Assembly: GCA_963677745.1 (NCBI GenBank)
Contig: OY782391.1
Location: forward strand, 480,001 to 544,000
Source: Candidatus Altimarinota bacterium
GTDB taxonomy: Bacteria > Patescibacteriota > Gracilibacteria > UBA1369
Length of the DNA stretch: 64,000 bases
Direction of reading: 5' to 3'
Shown here: positions 1 through 8,720 of the stretch, piece by piece
Numbering within the stretch: position 1 is the stretch's first letter
Layout: each line of letters starts with the position of its first letter
The notes under the pieces: generated by a model
What the model saw: the letters and a program-made list of their open reading frames with translations, nothing else
Told to the model about the DNA's origin: nothing
Database searches by the model: none
Translations under genes and position numbers: made by a program

Positions 1-1
1 C

Positions 2-199
2 ACAGAAGAACCAGCCGCAGCTGCAGCAGTTAAAAGACAGGATGACCGGAGAAACCAGGGAGGACCAAGAGGTCCCCGCCGTCCCCCTTTTAGAAAACCG
101 GCTGGAGCCCCCTCGGGAAAATCCGAACATCAGCAGGCCCCGGAAGCCCCCCAGACTCCCAAAGCTCCCCCAGCTCAGGCCGGAGAAAAAACTGAATAA
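2..199 (+). CDS. 3' end of upstream gene: low-complexity Pro/Ala/Arg-rich tail, probably 30S ribosomal protein S5 (partial)
   Basis: Frame 2 is open from the window edge (TEEPAAAAAVKRQDDRRNQGGPRGPRRPPFRKP...GEKTE) to TAA at 197-199. Identity is inferred only from its position before rplO. Confidence 0.5.
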   Translation, partial: TEEPAAAAAVKRQDDRRNQGGPRGPRRPPFRKPAGAPSGKSEHQQAPEAPQTPKAPPAQAGEKTE

Positions 200-227
200 T
201 CTAACTCACTTATAATACTATAAAGTT

Positions 228-707
228 ATGGACGCACTTTTAAACCTCAAGAGAAACAAAGGAGCCACCACTACCAGTAAAAGACTGGGCCGTGGAAACG
301 GTTCCGGCCTGGGTACCTATTCGGGACGCGGCGGCAAAGGTCAAACCGCCCGCACCGGTGGAAGCATCAAACCGGGTTTTGCCGGAGGTCAGACTCCGCT
401 TTACCGCAAAATGCCTAAATACAAGGGGTTCACCAACGTCAACCGCCAGGAATTCCAGGTGGTCAACGTAGTCGACCTCAACCTGTTTGATGACGGATCC
501 GAGATCAACGCCCAGAGTCTTTATGAACAAAAACTGGTCAATTCGCCTTCCGCCCCCATCAAAATTCTGGGAGACGGCGATCTGCAGAAAAAACTCACCG
601 TCACGGTAGACAGAGTATCCGTCACCGCCAAAGAAAAAATTGAAAAGGCCAAGGGAACCGTTACGGAGTTAATGACCAAGGCCCCGGTCAAAAAAGAGAC
701 GGCCTGA
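228..707 (+). CDS. rplO: 50S ribosomal protein L15
   Basis: KRLGRGNGSGLGTYSGRGGKGQTARTG and GGQTPLYRKMPK motifs; lies upstream of secY. Confidence 0.98.
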   Translation: MDALLNLKRNKGATTTSKRLGRGNGSGLGTYSGRGGKGQTARTGGSIKPGFAGGQTPLYRKMPKYKGFTNVNRQEFQVVNVVDLNLFDDGSEINAQSLYEQKLVNSPSAPIKILGDGDLQKKLTVTVDRVSVTAKEKIEKAKGTVTELMTKAPVKKETA

Positions 708-759
708 CCGCAGGCAATTTTATCAACTATATTAACCGCCAAATTTATCACTTCCCAAA

Positions 760-2058
760 ATGTTCAAACAAATACAACAAATTTGGAACTCCCGAGACCT
801 TAGAAACAAAATACTTTATACACTGGGAATCGTAATAATTGTCCGTCTCCTGGCACAGATCTCCATTCCCGGAGCCGATGTTAACGTAATCAGAGGAATT
901 TTCCAGCAAAACCAGCTGCTGGGAGCTTTTAGTCTGCTGACCGGAGGTAATGCGGAAAATTTCTCCATTATTTTGATGGGATTATCTCCTTATATTAATG
1001 CTTCCATTATCGTCCAGTTATTGGCGGTAATTATTCCCAGCTGGGAGAATCTTTCCAAAGAAGGTGAACAGGGACGCCGGAAACTGAACCAATATACCCG
1101 CTGGCTTTCCATCCCGATTGCCTTCATCCAATCATACGGAATGATCGCCGTTCTCAATTCCCAGGCAAAATCTTCCATTATCCCCAATATTTACTCTCCC
1201 AACGTGATCATCCCGATCATGATTACCCTGACCACCGGTACGGTCTTGATGATGTGGCTGGGCGAACTGATTACTGAAAAAGGCATCAGCAACGGCATTT
1301 CCATCCTGATCTTTGCCGGTATCATGTCCAGCATTCCCGCCGCCATCGCCCAAAACCTGACCCTGGCACAGCAGAGCAGCGAGTTCCTGTTTCCTTTTGT
1401 AATTGAATTACTGGTAACACTGATCCTGACAATTATAGTTATAATTATCGGCGAAGCGGAAAGAAGAGTCCCCATACTCTATGCCTCCCGCAGCGTCCGG
1501 GGCGGTGGTGAAAAATCCAATCTGCCCATGAAGATCAACCAGGCCGGCATGATTCCGATCATCTTCTCGCTCTCCATGGTCAGTATGCCAGGGATTATCG
1601 CCCAGTTCATGAAAAACTCTCCCAACGAGACACTGAAAGCGATAGCCGACGTAATTTCCACCAACTTCAGCGCCAATTCAGCCGTTTATTTGATTACTTA
1701 CTTTCTGTTAATCATAGCTTTTACCTATTTTTACGTCAGCATTACTTTCAATCCCGAACAGGTTGCGGAAAACGTACAGAAACGCGGGGGCTATATCCCC
1801 GGTATCCGTCCCGGTAAACAAACCGTCAAATACCTGGCCGACATTTCCTCCCGCCTCAATTTCTGGGGAGGCTTGTTCATCGCTATAATTGCCATTTCAC
1901 CGAATATCATCAAAGCTCTCACCGGCGCCTTCTCCATGGGTAGCGTAGCTACCATCATCAGTGGTGCAGGAATGATCATCATCGTCGGGGTAGTTCTGGA
2001 AATAATCCGCCAGATCAACGCTCAACTGGTCATGCACGATTACAACAAGCTCTATTAA
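760..2058 (+). CDS. secY: Preprotein translocase subunit SecY
   Basis: About 10 TM segments; SPYINASIIVQLL, WLGELITEKGISNGISILIF, GGYIPGIRPG. Confidence 0.99.
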   Translation: MFKQIQQIWNSRDLRNKILYTLGIVIIVRLLAQISIPGADVNVIRGIFQQNQLLGAFSLLTGGNAENFSIILMGLSPYINASIIVQLLAVIIPSWENLSKEGEQGRRKLNQYTRWLSIPIAFIQSYGMIAVLNSQAKSSIIPNIYSPNVIIPIMITLTTGTVLMMWLGELITEKGISNGISILIFAGIMSSIPAAIAQNLTLAQQSSEFLFPFVIELLVTLILTIIVIIIGEAERRVPILYASRSVRGGGEKSNLPMKINQAGMIPIIFSLSMVSMPGIIAQFMKNSPNETLKAIADVISTNFSANSAVYLITYFLLIIAFTYFYVSITFNPEQVAENVQKRGGYIPGIRPGKQTVKYLADISSRLNFWGGLFIAIIAISPNIIKALTGAFSMGSVATIISGAGMIIIVGVVLEIIRQINAQLVMHDYNKLY

Positions 2059-2080
2059 ACAAATATAAAAACTTCAGCCA

Positions 2081-2644
2081 ATGAACTTAGTTATTTTTGG
2101 CATTCAAGGGTCCGGAAAAGGCACCCAGGCTAAAATCATGACCGATCGCTATCACTTGGCCAACTTTGAGACAGGAGCAGAGCTCCGCCGGCTGGCCAAA
2201 GAAGACAGCCCGCTTGGCAAAAAAATCAAAAAATTCACGGAAAGCGGAAAACTGGTACCGGCGGAAGTAATAATGCAGATACTGGACAATTTTCTGAGCC
2301 ATGCTCCTCACCGCCAACGCATAATTTTCGACGGCATACCTCGCAACCAGAAACAGCAAAAGGCTTTCGACCGGATTATGAGAAAATGGAAAAGAAAATT
2401 TCTGGCCATCAACATTACCATCCCCGAAGAGGAAACGGTAAAAAGATTATTGCTGCGGGCCAGGCATGACGATACGCCGGAGGTGATACGCACCCGCATC
2501 AAAATATTTCAGAAAAACACTTCTCCCGTCATCGAAAAATACAGAAAAAACAGAGAAGTCATCGATATCAACGGTAATCAGTCCATCAAAAAAGTGGCGG
2601 CGGAAATTGCCAAAAAACTCGACAAAGATTTTTTACCCCGTTAA
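2081..2644 (+). CDS. adk: Adenylate kinase (short-LID type)
   Basis: GIQGSGKGTQA P-loop, FDGIPRN, R-x-DD short LID; follows secY. Confidence 0.93.
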   Translation: MNLVIFGIQGSGKGTQAKIMTDRYHLANFETGAELRRLAKEDSPLGKKIKKFTESGKLVPAEVIMQILDNFLSHAPHRQRIIFDGIPRNQKQQKAFDRIMRKWKRKFLAINITIPEEETVKRLLLRARHDDTPEVIRTRIKIFQKNTSPVIEKYRKNREVIDINGNQSIKKVAAEIAKKLDKDFLPR

Positions 2645-2709
2645 ACATTAAAATCTGGAAAGAGGGAAACTATAAAATTCCCCTTAAAAATTCGGAAGAA
2701 CTGGCTCTG

Positions 2710-3426
2710 ATGAAAAAATCAGGACAAATTTTGGGGTTGGTTCTGTCGCAAATCGAAACATATATACGGCCCGGACTGACTACTTTGGAAATCGATCAAT
2801 TGGCCGAAAAAATTATCAGACAGGAAGGAGGTGTTCCGGCTTTTTTGGGATACCAGGGATTTCCCGCTTCCACCTGCATCAGTATTAACGAAGAAGTTGT
2901 ACATGGCATTCCAGGCAGCAGAAAGATCCAAGCAGGCGATCTGGTCACCGTAGACTGCGGTGTGAATTATCATGGAATGATCACCGACTCCGCCATTACG
3001 GCGGGAACAGGCACCGTTACCGCGGAAGCCGAAAAACTCTGCCGGACCGCCGAAAAAGCCCTGCAAAGAGCAATTGAAATCGCCAGACCCGGCATCAGAA
3101 CCACCGAGATTAGCAAAACCATCGAAAAAATCGTCCGCAAAGAAGGTTTTGGTATCGTGGAAGATCTGTCCGGACATGGAGTCGGTTTCAAACTGCATGA
3201 AGATCCCTATATTTTCAATTTCTACAACGGACAGCCCGGCCCGATTATGCAACCGGGCATGACACTGGCCATCGAACCGATCATCACACTTGGAGCAAGC
3301 AACACCAAAACTCTCCAGGACGGCTGGACAATTGTCACTAAAGATGGTTCATTGTCAGTGCAGGTAGAACACACCATTGCGATAACCGAAAAAGGTGCTG
3401 AAATACTAACTAAACGCCCCAAATAA
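2710..3426 (+). CDS. map: Methionine aminopeptidase type I (true start probably upstream, near 2677)
   Basis: CISINEEVVHGIP, DCG...DSA, GHGVG..LHEDP, AIEP, QVEHT motifs. Confidence 0.97.
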   Translation: MKKSGQILGLVLSQIETYIRPGLTTLEIDQLAEKIIRQEGGVPAFLGYQGFPASTCISINEEVVHGIPGSRKIQAGDLVTVDCGVNYHGMITDSAITAGTGTVTAEAEKLCRTAEKALQRAIEIARPGIRTTEISKTIEKIVRKEGFGIVEDLSGHGVGFKLHEDPYIFNFYNGQPGPIMQPGMTLAIEPIITLGASNTKTLQDGWTIVTKDGSLSVQVEHTIAITEKGAEILTKRPK

Positions 3427-3443
3427 AAAACAAAAAAAATAAC

Positions 3444-3472
3444 TTGCAATCTAAAATTTCGTCATGTAGAAT
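3444..3472 (+). promoter_or_regulatory. sigma70-type promoter upstream of the infA-alpha operon
   Basis: TTGCAA-17 nt-TAGAAT with an A-rich upstream element. Confidence 0.6.
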
Positions 3473-3534
3473 CCTAACGCTTTTTAGGTTGGAAAATCAG
3501 GATTTTACCCTTAAAATAACAGTAAATTCGCCTT

Positions 3535-3819
3535 ATGGCAAAAGAAGAAATTGAAGCCTCTGGAATAGTGGTGGAAGCCTATCCGAACGCCACCTTTAAA
3601 GTCAAACTCCTCGACGAAAGCTTCTCTGGACACGAGATTTTGGCCCACGTATCAGGAAGAATGCGCATCAATTTTATCAGAATTTTGCCGGGCGACAAAG
3701 TGACGATTGTGATGACACCCTATGACCTGACTAAAGGCCGTATTACCTTCAGACACAAGGAATATGGCAAAGGGAAGCCAATGCCGGAAGAACCGGAAGC
3801 TCCCGCAGCAGCCAAATAA
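3535..3819 (+). CDS. infA: Translation initiation factor IF-1, with C-terminal extension
   Basis: [38 protein letters not shown]. Confidence 0.98.
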   Translation: MAKEEIEASGIVVEAYPNATFKVKLLDESFSGHEILAHVSGRMRINFIRILPGDKVTIVMTPYDLTKGRITFRHKEYGKGKPMPEEPEAPAAAK

Positions 3820-3846
3820 TATTTTTCAATAATCAAACCAACAGTC

Positions 3847-3960
3847 ATGAAAGTAAGATCATCCGTCAAACCAATTTGTTCCAAATGCAAGGTAATCAAA
3901 CGAAAAAACGTCGTCAGGGTTATTTGCGTTACCAAAAAGCATAAACAAAGACAGGGTTAA
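3847..3960 (+). CDS. rpmJ: 50S ribosomal protein L36 (not in the ORF track)
   Basis: Hand translation [37 protein letters not shown]; Zn-ribbon form. Confidence 0.98.
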   Translation: MKVRSSVKPICSKCKVIKRKNVVRVICVTKKHKQRQG

Positions 3961-3988
3961 TTTATATTCTTAATAATCCCAAGTAATT

Positions 3989-4363
3989 ATGGCCAGAATC
4001 GCTGGAGTCAATCTTCCTAAAGAAAAAAGAATCGCTATCGGCCTGACCGCCATCTATGGCATCGGCAGAGCCCTGGCGCGCAAAATACTGCAAGACCTCA
4101 AACTGGACGAAGATACCAAAGTCCAGGATCTGACGCCTGAACAGGAAAACAAACTGCGTGACCGGATCGCCGAATGTATCACCGAGGGTGATTTACGCCG
4201 TAAAATCCAGCTGGACATCAAATACCAGCAGGACATCGGTACTTATCGCGGACTTCGCCATAAAAAGGGTTTACCGGTACGCGGCCAGCTGACCAAAACC
4301 AATTCCAGAACCAGAAAGGGCAAGAGAAAGACCGTTGCCAACAAGAAGATTGCCACCAAATAA
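3989..4363 (+). CDS. rpsM: 30S ribosomal protein S13
   Basis: [25 protein letters not shown]. Confidence 0.99.
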   Translation: MARIAGVNLPKEKRIAIGLTAIYGIGRALARKILQDLKLDEDTKVQDLTPEQENKLRDRIAECITEGDLRRKIQLDIKYQQDIGTYRGLRHKKGLPVRGQLTKTNSRTRKGKRKTVANKKIATK

Positions 4364-4393
4364 TCATTATTCATCCTAATCATTAATTCTACC

Positions 4394-4933
4394 ATGGCCG
4401 AACAAGAAAAAAAACCAGCCGTAAAAGCCAAGAAAGCCCCTGAGAAGGAAGTTAAAAAAACTGAGGCTGCCGGCGAAAAAACCGCCCCGGTTGCCGCCAC
4501 CCCCGCCACCGCTTCCGCCGCATCAGCCGCAGCCACTCCCGCCGAAGGCGAAGTAAAGAAGATTAAGAAAAGCAAATCCAAAAGGACTGTGACGGAAGGA
4601 AAAGCCTTCGTTCAATCAAGTTTTAACAACACCATTGTCACCATCACCGACCTTAACGGAAAAGTGATAGCCTGGAGTAGCGCCGGTTCCAACGGATTCA
4701 AGGGAGCCAAAAAAGCCACTCCGTACGCGGCCCAGATTTCGGCTGAAGCAGCCATTAATAAGGCTCTTCTTTACGGAATAGAAAAGCTGCACGTTTTCGT
4801 CAAGGGAGTCGGTGCAGGAAGAGAACAAGCTGTTAGAGGCCTTCACTCCAACGGCGTGGACATCGAATCAATCACCGATGTCACTCCTGTTCCGCACAAT
4901 GGTTGTCGTTCCAGAAAATCCCGCCGAGTTTAA
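4394..4933 (+). CDS. rpsK: 30S ribosomal protein S11, with ~60-aa Lys/Ala-rich N-terminal extension
   Basis: SSFNNTIVTITD, GFKGAKKATPYAAQ, DVTPVPHNGCR. Confidence 0.98.
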   Translation: MAEQEKKPAVKAKKAPEKEVKKTEAAGEKTAPVAATPATASAASAAATPAEGEVKKIKKSKSKRTVTEGKAFVQSSFNNTIVTITDLNGKVIAWSSAGSNGFKGAKKATPYAAQISAEAAINKALLYGIEKLHVFVKGVGAGREQAVRGLHSNGVDIESITDVTPVPHNGCRSRKSRRV

Positions 4934-4957
4934 TATTTGTAATTTTTCCGAAAAATA

Positions 4958-5578
4958 ATGTCTAACACTACAGGTCCCAAATCACGTCTTTTTCGCCGCT
5001 TCGGCATAAGACTTCCCAGCAACAACGAACTGAAACAGACTCATCCCACCTTAAAAAAGGCTTATCCACCCGGCATGCACGGGCCCAAAGGAAGCTTCTC
5101 CAAAAAATCGGAATACGCCCGCCAGTTGATGGAAAAACAGAAAGCCAAGGTGATTTTCAACATCACTGAAAAGCAGATGCAGAAATATTATGATATGGCT
5201 TCCAGCCGCGAAGGCATCACTGGTGACGAATTGCTCCGCCTGCTGGAACAGAGACTGGACAACGTGATCTTCCGGTCCGGTTTGGCCACCACCCGCTATC
5301 AGGCCAGACAGATGGTTAATCATGGTTTGATCGAGCTTAACGGTAAGGTTGCTTCCATCCCATCCATCCAGGTTAAACCGGGGGACAAATTTAATCTGGT
5401 CAGCAAAAAGAAGGATTCCCCCGTCTTCAAGCAAAATTCAGAAAGAGGAACCAAAGGCCCAAAGTGGCTGAACGTTGATTTAAAAAATATGACCGGATCA
5501 GTGGACAGAACTCCCGACAAAGGAGAACTGGAACCTCTGGTTTCGGCCAGTATGATCGTTGAGTTCTACTCAAAATAA
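4958..5578 (+). CDS. rpsD: 30S ribosomal protein S4 (no Zn-binding Cys)
   Basis: PPGMHG, SEYARQLMEKQK, LEQRLDNVIFRSG, ARQMVNHG, IVEFYSK. Confidence 0.98.
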   Translation: MSNTTGPKSRLFRRFGIRLPSNNELKQTHPTLKKAYPPGMHGPKGSFSKKSEYARQLMEKQKAKVIFNITEKQMQKYYDMASSREGITGDELLRLLEQRLDNVIFRSGLATTRYQARQMVNHGLIELNGKVASIPSIQVKPGDKFNLVSKKKDSPVFKQNSERGTKGPKWLNVDLKNMTGSVDRTPDKGELEPLVSASMIVEFYSK

Positions 5579-5601
5579 AATAATTCATTAATCCTCTTCT
5601 A

Positions 5602-6576
5602 ATGCATCAAATTCAAGAAGAAATTGGCATTCCCAAAATCAAGGTGGAAAAAATTAGCGATTCACACGCTATTTTCACCGTCAGCCCTTTGCCACAGGGC
5701 TACGGTATCACCATTGGAAATGCTTTCAGAAGAGTACTTTTATCTTCACTTCCGGGCGCTTGTATCACCGGTGTGAAAATTGACGGGGTAACCCACGAAT
5801 ATTCCACCATCAAAGGAGTCAAAGACGGCATTTTGGATATTACACTGAATCTGAAATCGATTCGCCTGAGAAAGAGCTCCCCCGAAGTCAGCGTACTAAC
5901 GCTTTCGGCCAACAAAGAAGGAGAGATTTATGCCAAAGACATCAAATGTTCATCCGATGTGGAAATTCTGACCCCTGACCAGTACATCACTACTCTGGAA
6001 AAAGGCGCCAAACTACACATGGAAATCAAAGCGGAAAAAGGTGTTGGCTATATCCCCGTCTCGGTTAAACAGAAAAACGATTACGATCCGGAAATCATCC
6101 TGATCGATTCGATTTTCACTCCGGTCAAAAAAGTCCGTTATGACGTTGAGGCTGTTCGTGTCGGCCAAATGACCAACCTGGACAAACTGATTCTGGAAAT
6201 CGAAACCGACGGATCCATCACTCCCGATGACGCCCTAAAATTCAGCTCCAATATCCTGCAATCCTACTTCAACCTGTTTAATAAGGAAAACATCATGGTT
6301 GAGGCGGAATACATGAGTGACTTCCAGAAGATTTCCCAGAAACAGGAGCTGGAAGAGAAAAACAAGCCGGTTCAGGAAGCCTATACTCCGATTGAAATTC
6401 TCGGTTTCTCACCCCGAACCCTCAACGCACTGATCAACGGGGGCATCGGCTCAATCGAACAACTTTCCAAATGCACCGAAAGCAAACTGACCAACTTGCG
6501 TGGTTTCGGCCGAAAAGCATTAACTGAGGTCAAAGACGCCCTCAAGAGCCGGGGTCTGAATCTGGCCGAAGAATAA
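5602..6576 (+). CDS. rpoA: RNA polymerase subunit alpha
   Basis: PLPQGYGITIGNAFRRVLLSSLPG, HEYSTIKGVKD, alpha-CTD SPRTLNAL...LRGFGRK. Confidence 0.99.
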   Translation: MHQIQEEIGIPKIKVEKISDSHAIFTVSPLPQGYGITIGNAFRRVLLSSLPGACITGVKIDGVTHEYSTIKGVKDGILDITLNLKSIRLRKSSPEVSVLTLSANKEGEIYAKDIKCSSDVEILTPDQYITTLEKGAKLHMEIKAEKGVGYIPVSVKQKNDYDPEIILIDSIFTPVKKVRYDVEAVRVGQMTNLDKLILEIETDGSITPDDALKFSSNILQSYFNLFNKENIMVEAEYMSDFQKISQKQELEEKNKPVQEAYTPIEILGFSPRTLNALINGGIGSIEQLSKCTESKLTNLRGFGRKALTEVKDALKSRGLNLAEE

Positions 6577-6616
6577 AACATTGTAATCAATAAAGAACAA
6601 GTAACATCCTATTATC

Positions 6617-6970
6617 ATGAGACACCAGGTAAAAAAAACACGCCTTGCCCGTCCTATCGGTCCCCGGAAAGCGTTGATCGGCAATTTAGCCACTTCACTC
6701 GTTTTACACGGCAAAATCCAGACGACCAAAGCCAGAGCTAAAGCCATTCAGCCGATTATGGAGAAACTGATTTTGGCCGCCAAAAACAAGGACAAAAAAG
6801 CCGCCATCCGCGAGACCGGCGCCATCCTGCAAAATGAACTCAGTTCAAAAATTCTGTTTGAGGAACTGGTCAAAAAATATCAAACCCGCGCCACCGGATT
6901 CACCAAAATCACCGATATCGGTTTCCGCGCCGGTGATTCGGCTCCGTTGGTACAAATCGAATTATTATAA
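6617..6970 (+). CDS. rplQ: 50S ribosomal protein L17
   Basis: MRHQ, KIQTTKARAK, RAGDSAP. Confidence 0.97.
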   Translation: MRHQVKKTRLARPIGPRKALIGNLATSLVLHGKIQTTKARAKAIQPIMEKLILAAKNKDKKAAIRETGAILQNELSSKILFEELVKKYQTRATGFTKITDIGFRAGDSAPLVQIELL

Positions 6971-6988
6971 TCACTCATTACTACCGCA

Positions 6989-7447
6989 ATGAAAACCGCA
7001 GAGAAAAAGAAAGCAATTTTTAAGACTTATTCTCCCAAAAAGACCGACATCAAGCCACAGTGGTTGTTGGTCGACATCAAGGGAAAAACACTCGGCCGCA
7101 TCACCAACAAGATCGCTGATCTTCTTAGAGGGAAAGGTAAAACGACTTTTTCCCAGCACCAGGACTGCGGTGATTTTGTGGTCGTTATCAATGCCGCCGA
7201 AGTCAAACTGACCGGCAAAAAAGACCTTCAGAAAGAATATAACTGGCATACCCGCTATCCCAACGGACTCAAAACCGTAACCGCAGAGGTACTCCGCCAG
7301 AGCAATCCCGCCAAAATCATCGAACATGCCGTAGCCGGAATGCTCCCGCACAACAAGAACAAGAAGCTGATGATGAAAAGACTGAAAGTGTTCGCCGGTG
7401 CCGAGCATGATCATACAGCTCAGAATCCCCAACCAATAAAACTATAA
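6989..7447 (+). CDS. rplM: 50S ribosomal protein L13
   Basis: [34 protein letters not shown]. Confidence 0.98.
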   Translation: MKTAEKKKAIFKTYSPKKTDIKPQWLLVDIKGKTLGRITNKIADLLRGKGKTTFSQHQDCGDFVVVINAAEVKLTGKKDLQKEYNWHTRYPNGLKTVTAEVLRQSNPAKIIEHAVAGMLPHNKNKKLMMKRLKVFAGAEHDHTAQNPQPIKL

Positions 7448-7469
7448 TTTCCATAAATCCCAAATTCAC

Positions 7470-7919
7470 ATGCCAGTAAAAGAAACAGCTCCCGCCGCCC
7501 CCAAAACAATTAAGAAAGCCTCATCCGTACAGCAGTATTATTATGGTACGGGAAAAAGGAAAACAGCCGTTGCCCGGGTCAGACTTTATAAAAACGGCAA
7601 GGGCGACCTGACCATCAACGGTGATGACGGGGCCAAACATTTCACTTTAAAAAAACTCTTTTCCGTCCTGAACGCTCCGCTCAGAATCACCTCCCTGACC
7701 AAAAAATTCGACATCAGTGTCAAAGTTGACGGCGGAGGAATGGTTTCACAGGCGGAAGCAATAAGACACGCTATTGCCCGCGCCCTGCTCGAATACGATG
7801 TGGCACTCAGACTGACCCTCAAAAAAGCCGGTTTTCTGACCCGCGATCCCAGGGTCAAAGAAAGAAAGAAACCGGGTCTCAAAAAAGCCCGCCGAGCTCC
7901 GCAGTTCAGCAAACGCTAA
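7470..7919 (+). CDS. rpsI: 30S ribosomal protein S9
   Basis: [39 protein letters not shown]. Confidence 0.99.
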   Translation: MPVKETAPAAPKTIKKASSVQQYYYGTGKRKTAVARVRLYKNGKGDLTINGDDGAKHFTLKKLFSVLNAPLRITSLTKKFDISVKVDGGGMVSQAEAIRHAIARALLEYDVALRLTLKKAGFLTRDPRVKERKKPGLKKARRAPQFSKR

Positions 7920-7940
7920 ATCTCACCATTTATTCATCAG

Positions 7941-7968
7941 AAAACACCCGCCCAGGCGGGTGTTTTTT
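7941..7968 (+). terminator. Intrinsic terminator ending the ribosomal cluster
   Basis: AAAACACCCGCC-ca-GGCGGGTGTTTTTT inverted repeat followed by a T run. Confidence 0.9.
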
Positions 7969-8022
7969 ATTTCAACAAAAGCCTGTATTGCTGTATAACA
8001 TATATGAAAAACTTCCAACCAT

Positions 8023-8709
8023 ATGAAAGCAATACGCTTTGATCTTATTACCATTTTCCCCCAGATTTTTGAATCATATTTCCGCGAAGGAATGATTCGC
8101 AAAGGTTTGGAGCAGAAAATTCTGGAAATTCATGTCCATAATCTGCGCGACTATACAAATGACAAATGGGGAAAGGTGGATGACATCCCCTACGGCGGAG
8201 GGGCCGGCATGGTTATGACTCCCCAACCGCTTTATGACGCGGTCACGGCCCTCCGCCGTAAAAATTGCGGCCCGGTGGTGTATCTGAGCCCGAAAGGAGA
8301 TACTTTGACCCATACCCGTGCCGTTAAAATCGCCGGAGAGCTGGTTGAAATGAAACCGGGCCGTGGCAAAAAGGCGGGAATGATACTTATTTGCGGACGC
8401 TATGAGGGCATAGACCAGCGTGTCCTGGATCTGTGCGTGGACCGGGAAATATCCATCGGTAAATATGTGCTGACCGGAGGAGAACTGCCGGCCATGGTAC
8501 TGATCGACGCCGTTTCCAGATTTATCCCGGGCATCCTGGGGGACGAAAACTCCCACCTGGAAGATACATTCTCACGAAAACTGGGCGGCAAAAAAGAATA
8601 CCCGCATTATACAAAACCCCGCCTCTTCAAGGGACTGTCCGTCCCCGATATACTTCTGAGCGGCCACCACGCCAATATAGAAAAATGGCGCCGCAATCAA
8701 TTAACCTAA
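8023..8709 (+). CDS. trmD: tRNA (guanine37-N1)-methyltransferase
   Basis: VDDIPYGGGAGMVM, CGRYEGIDQR, SIGKYVLTGGE, LLSGHH. Confidence 0.98.
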   Translation: MKAIRFDLITIFPQIFESYFREGMIRKGLEQKILEIHVHNLRDYTNDKWGKVDDIPYGGGAGMVMTPQPLYDAVTALRRKNCGPVVYLSPKGDTLTHTRAVKIAGELVEMKPGRGKKAGMILICGRYEGIDQRVLDLCVDREISIGKYVLTGGELPAMVLIDAVSRFIPGILGDENSHLEDTFSRKLGGKKEYPHYTKPRLFKGLSVPDILLSGHHANIEKWRRNQLT

Positions 8710-8720
8710 TCGCATAGAGC

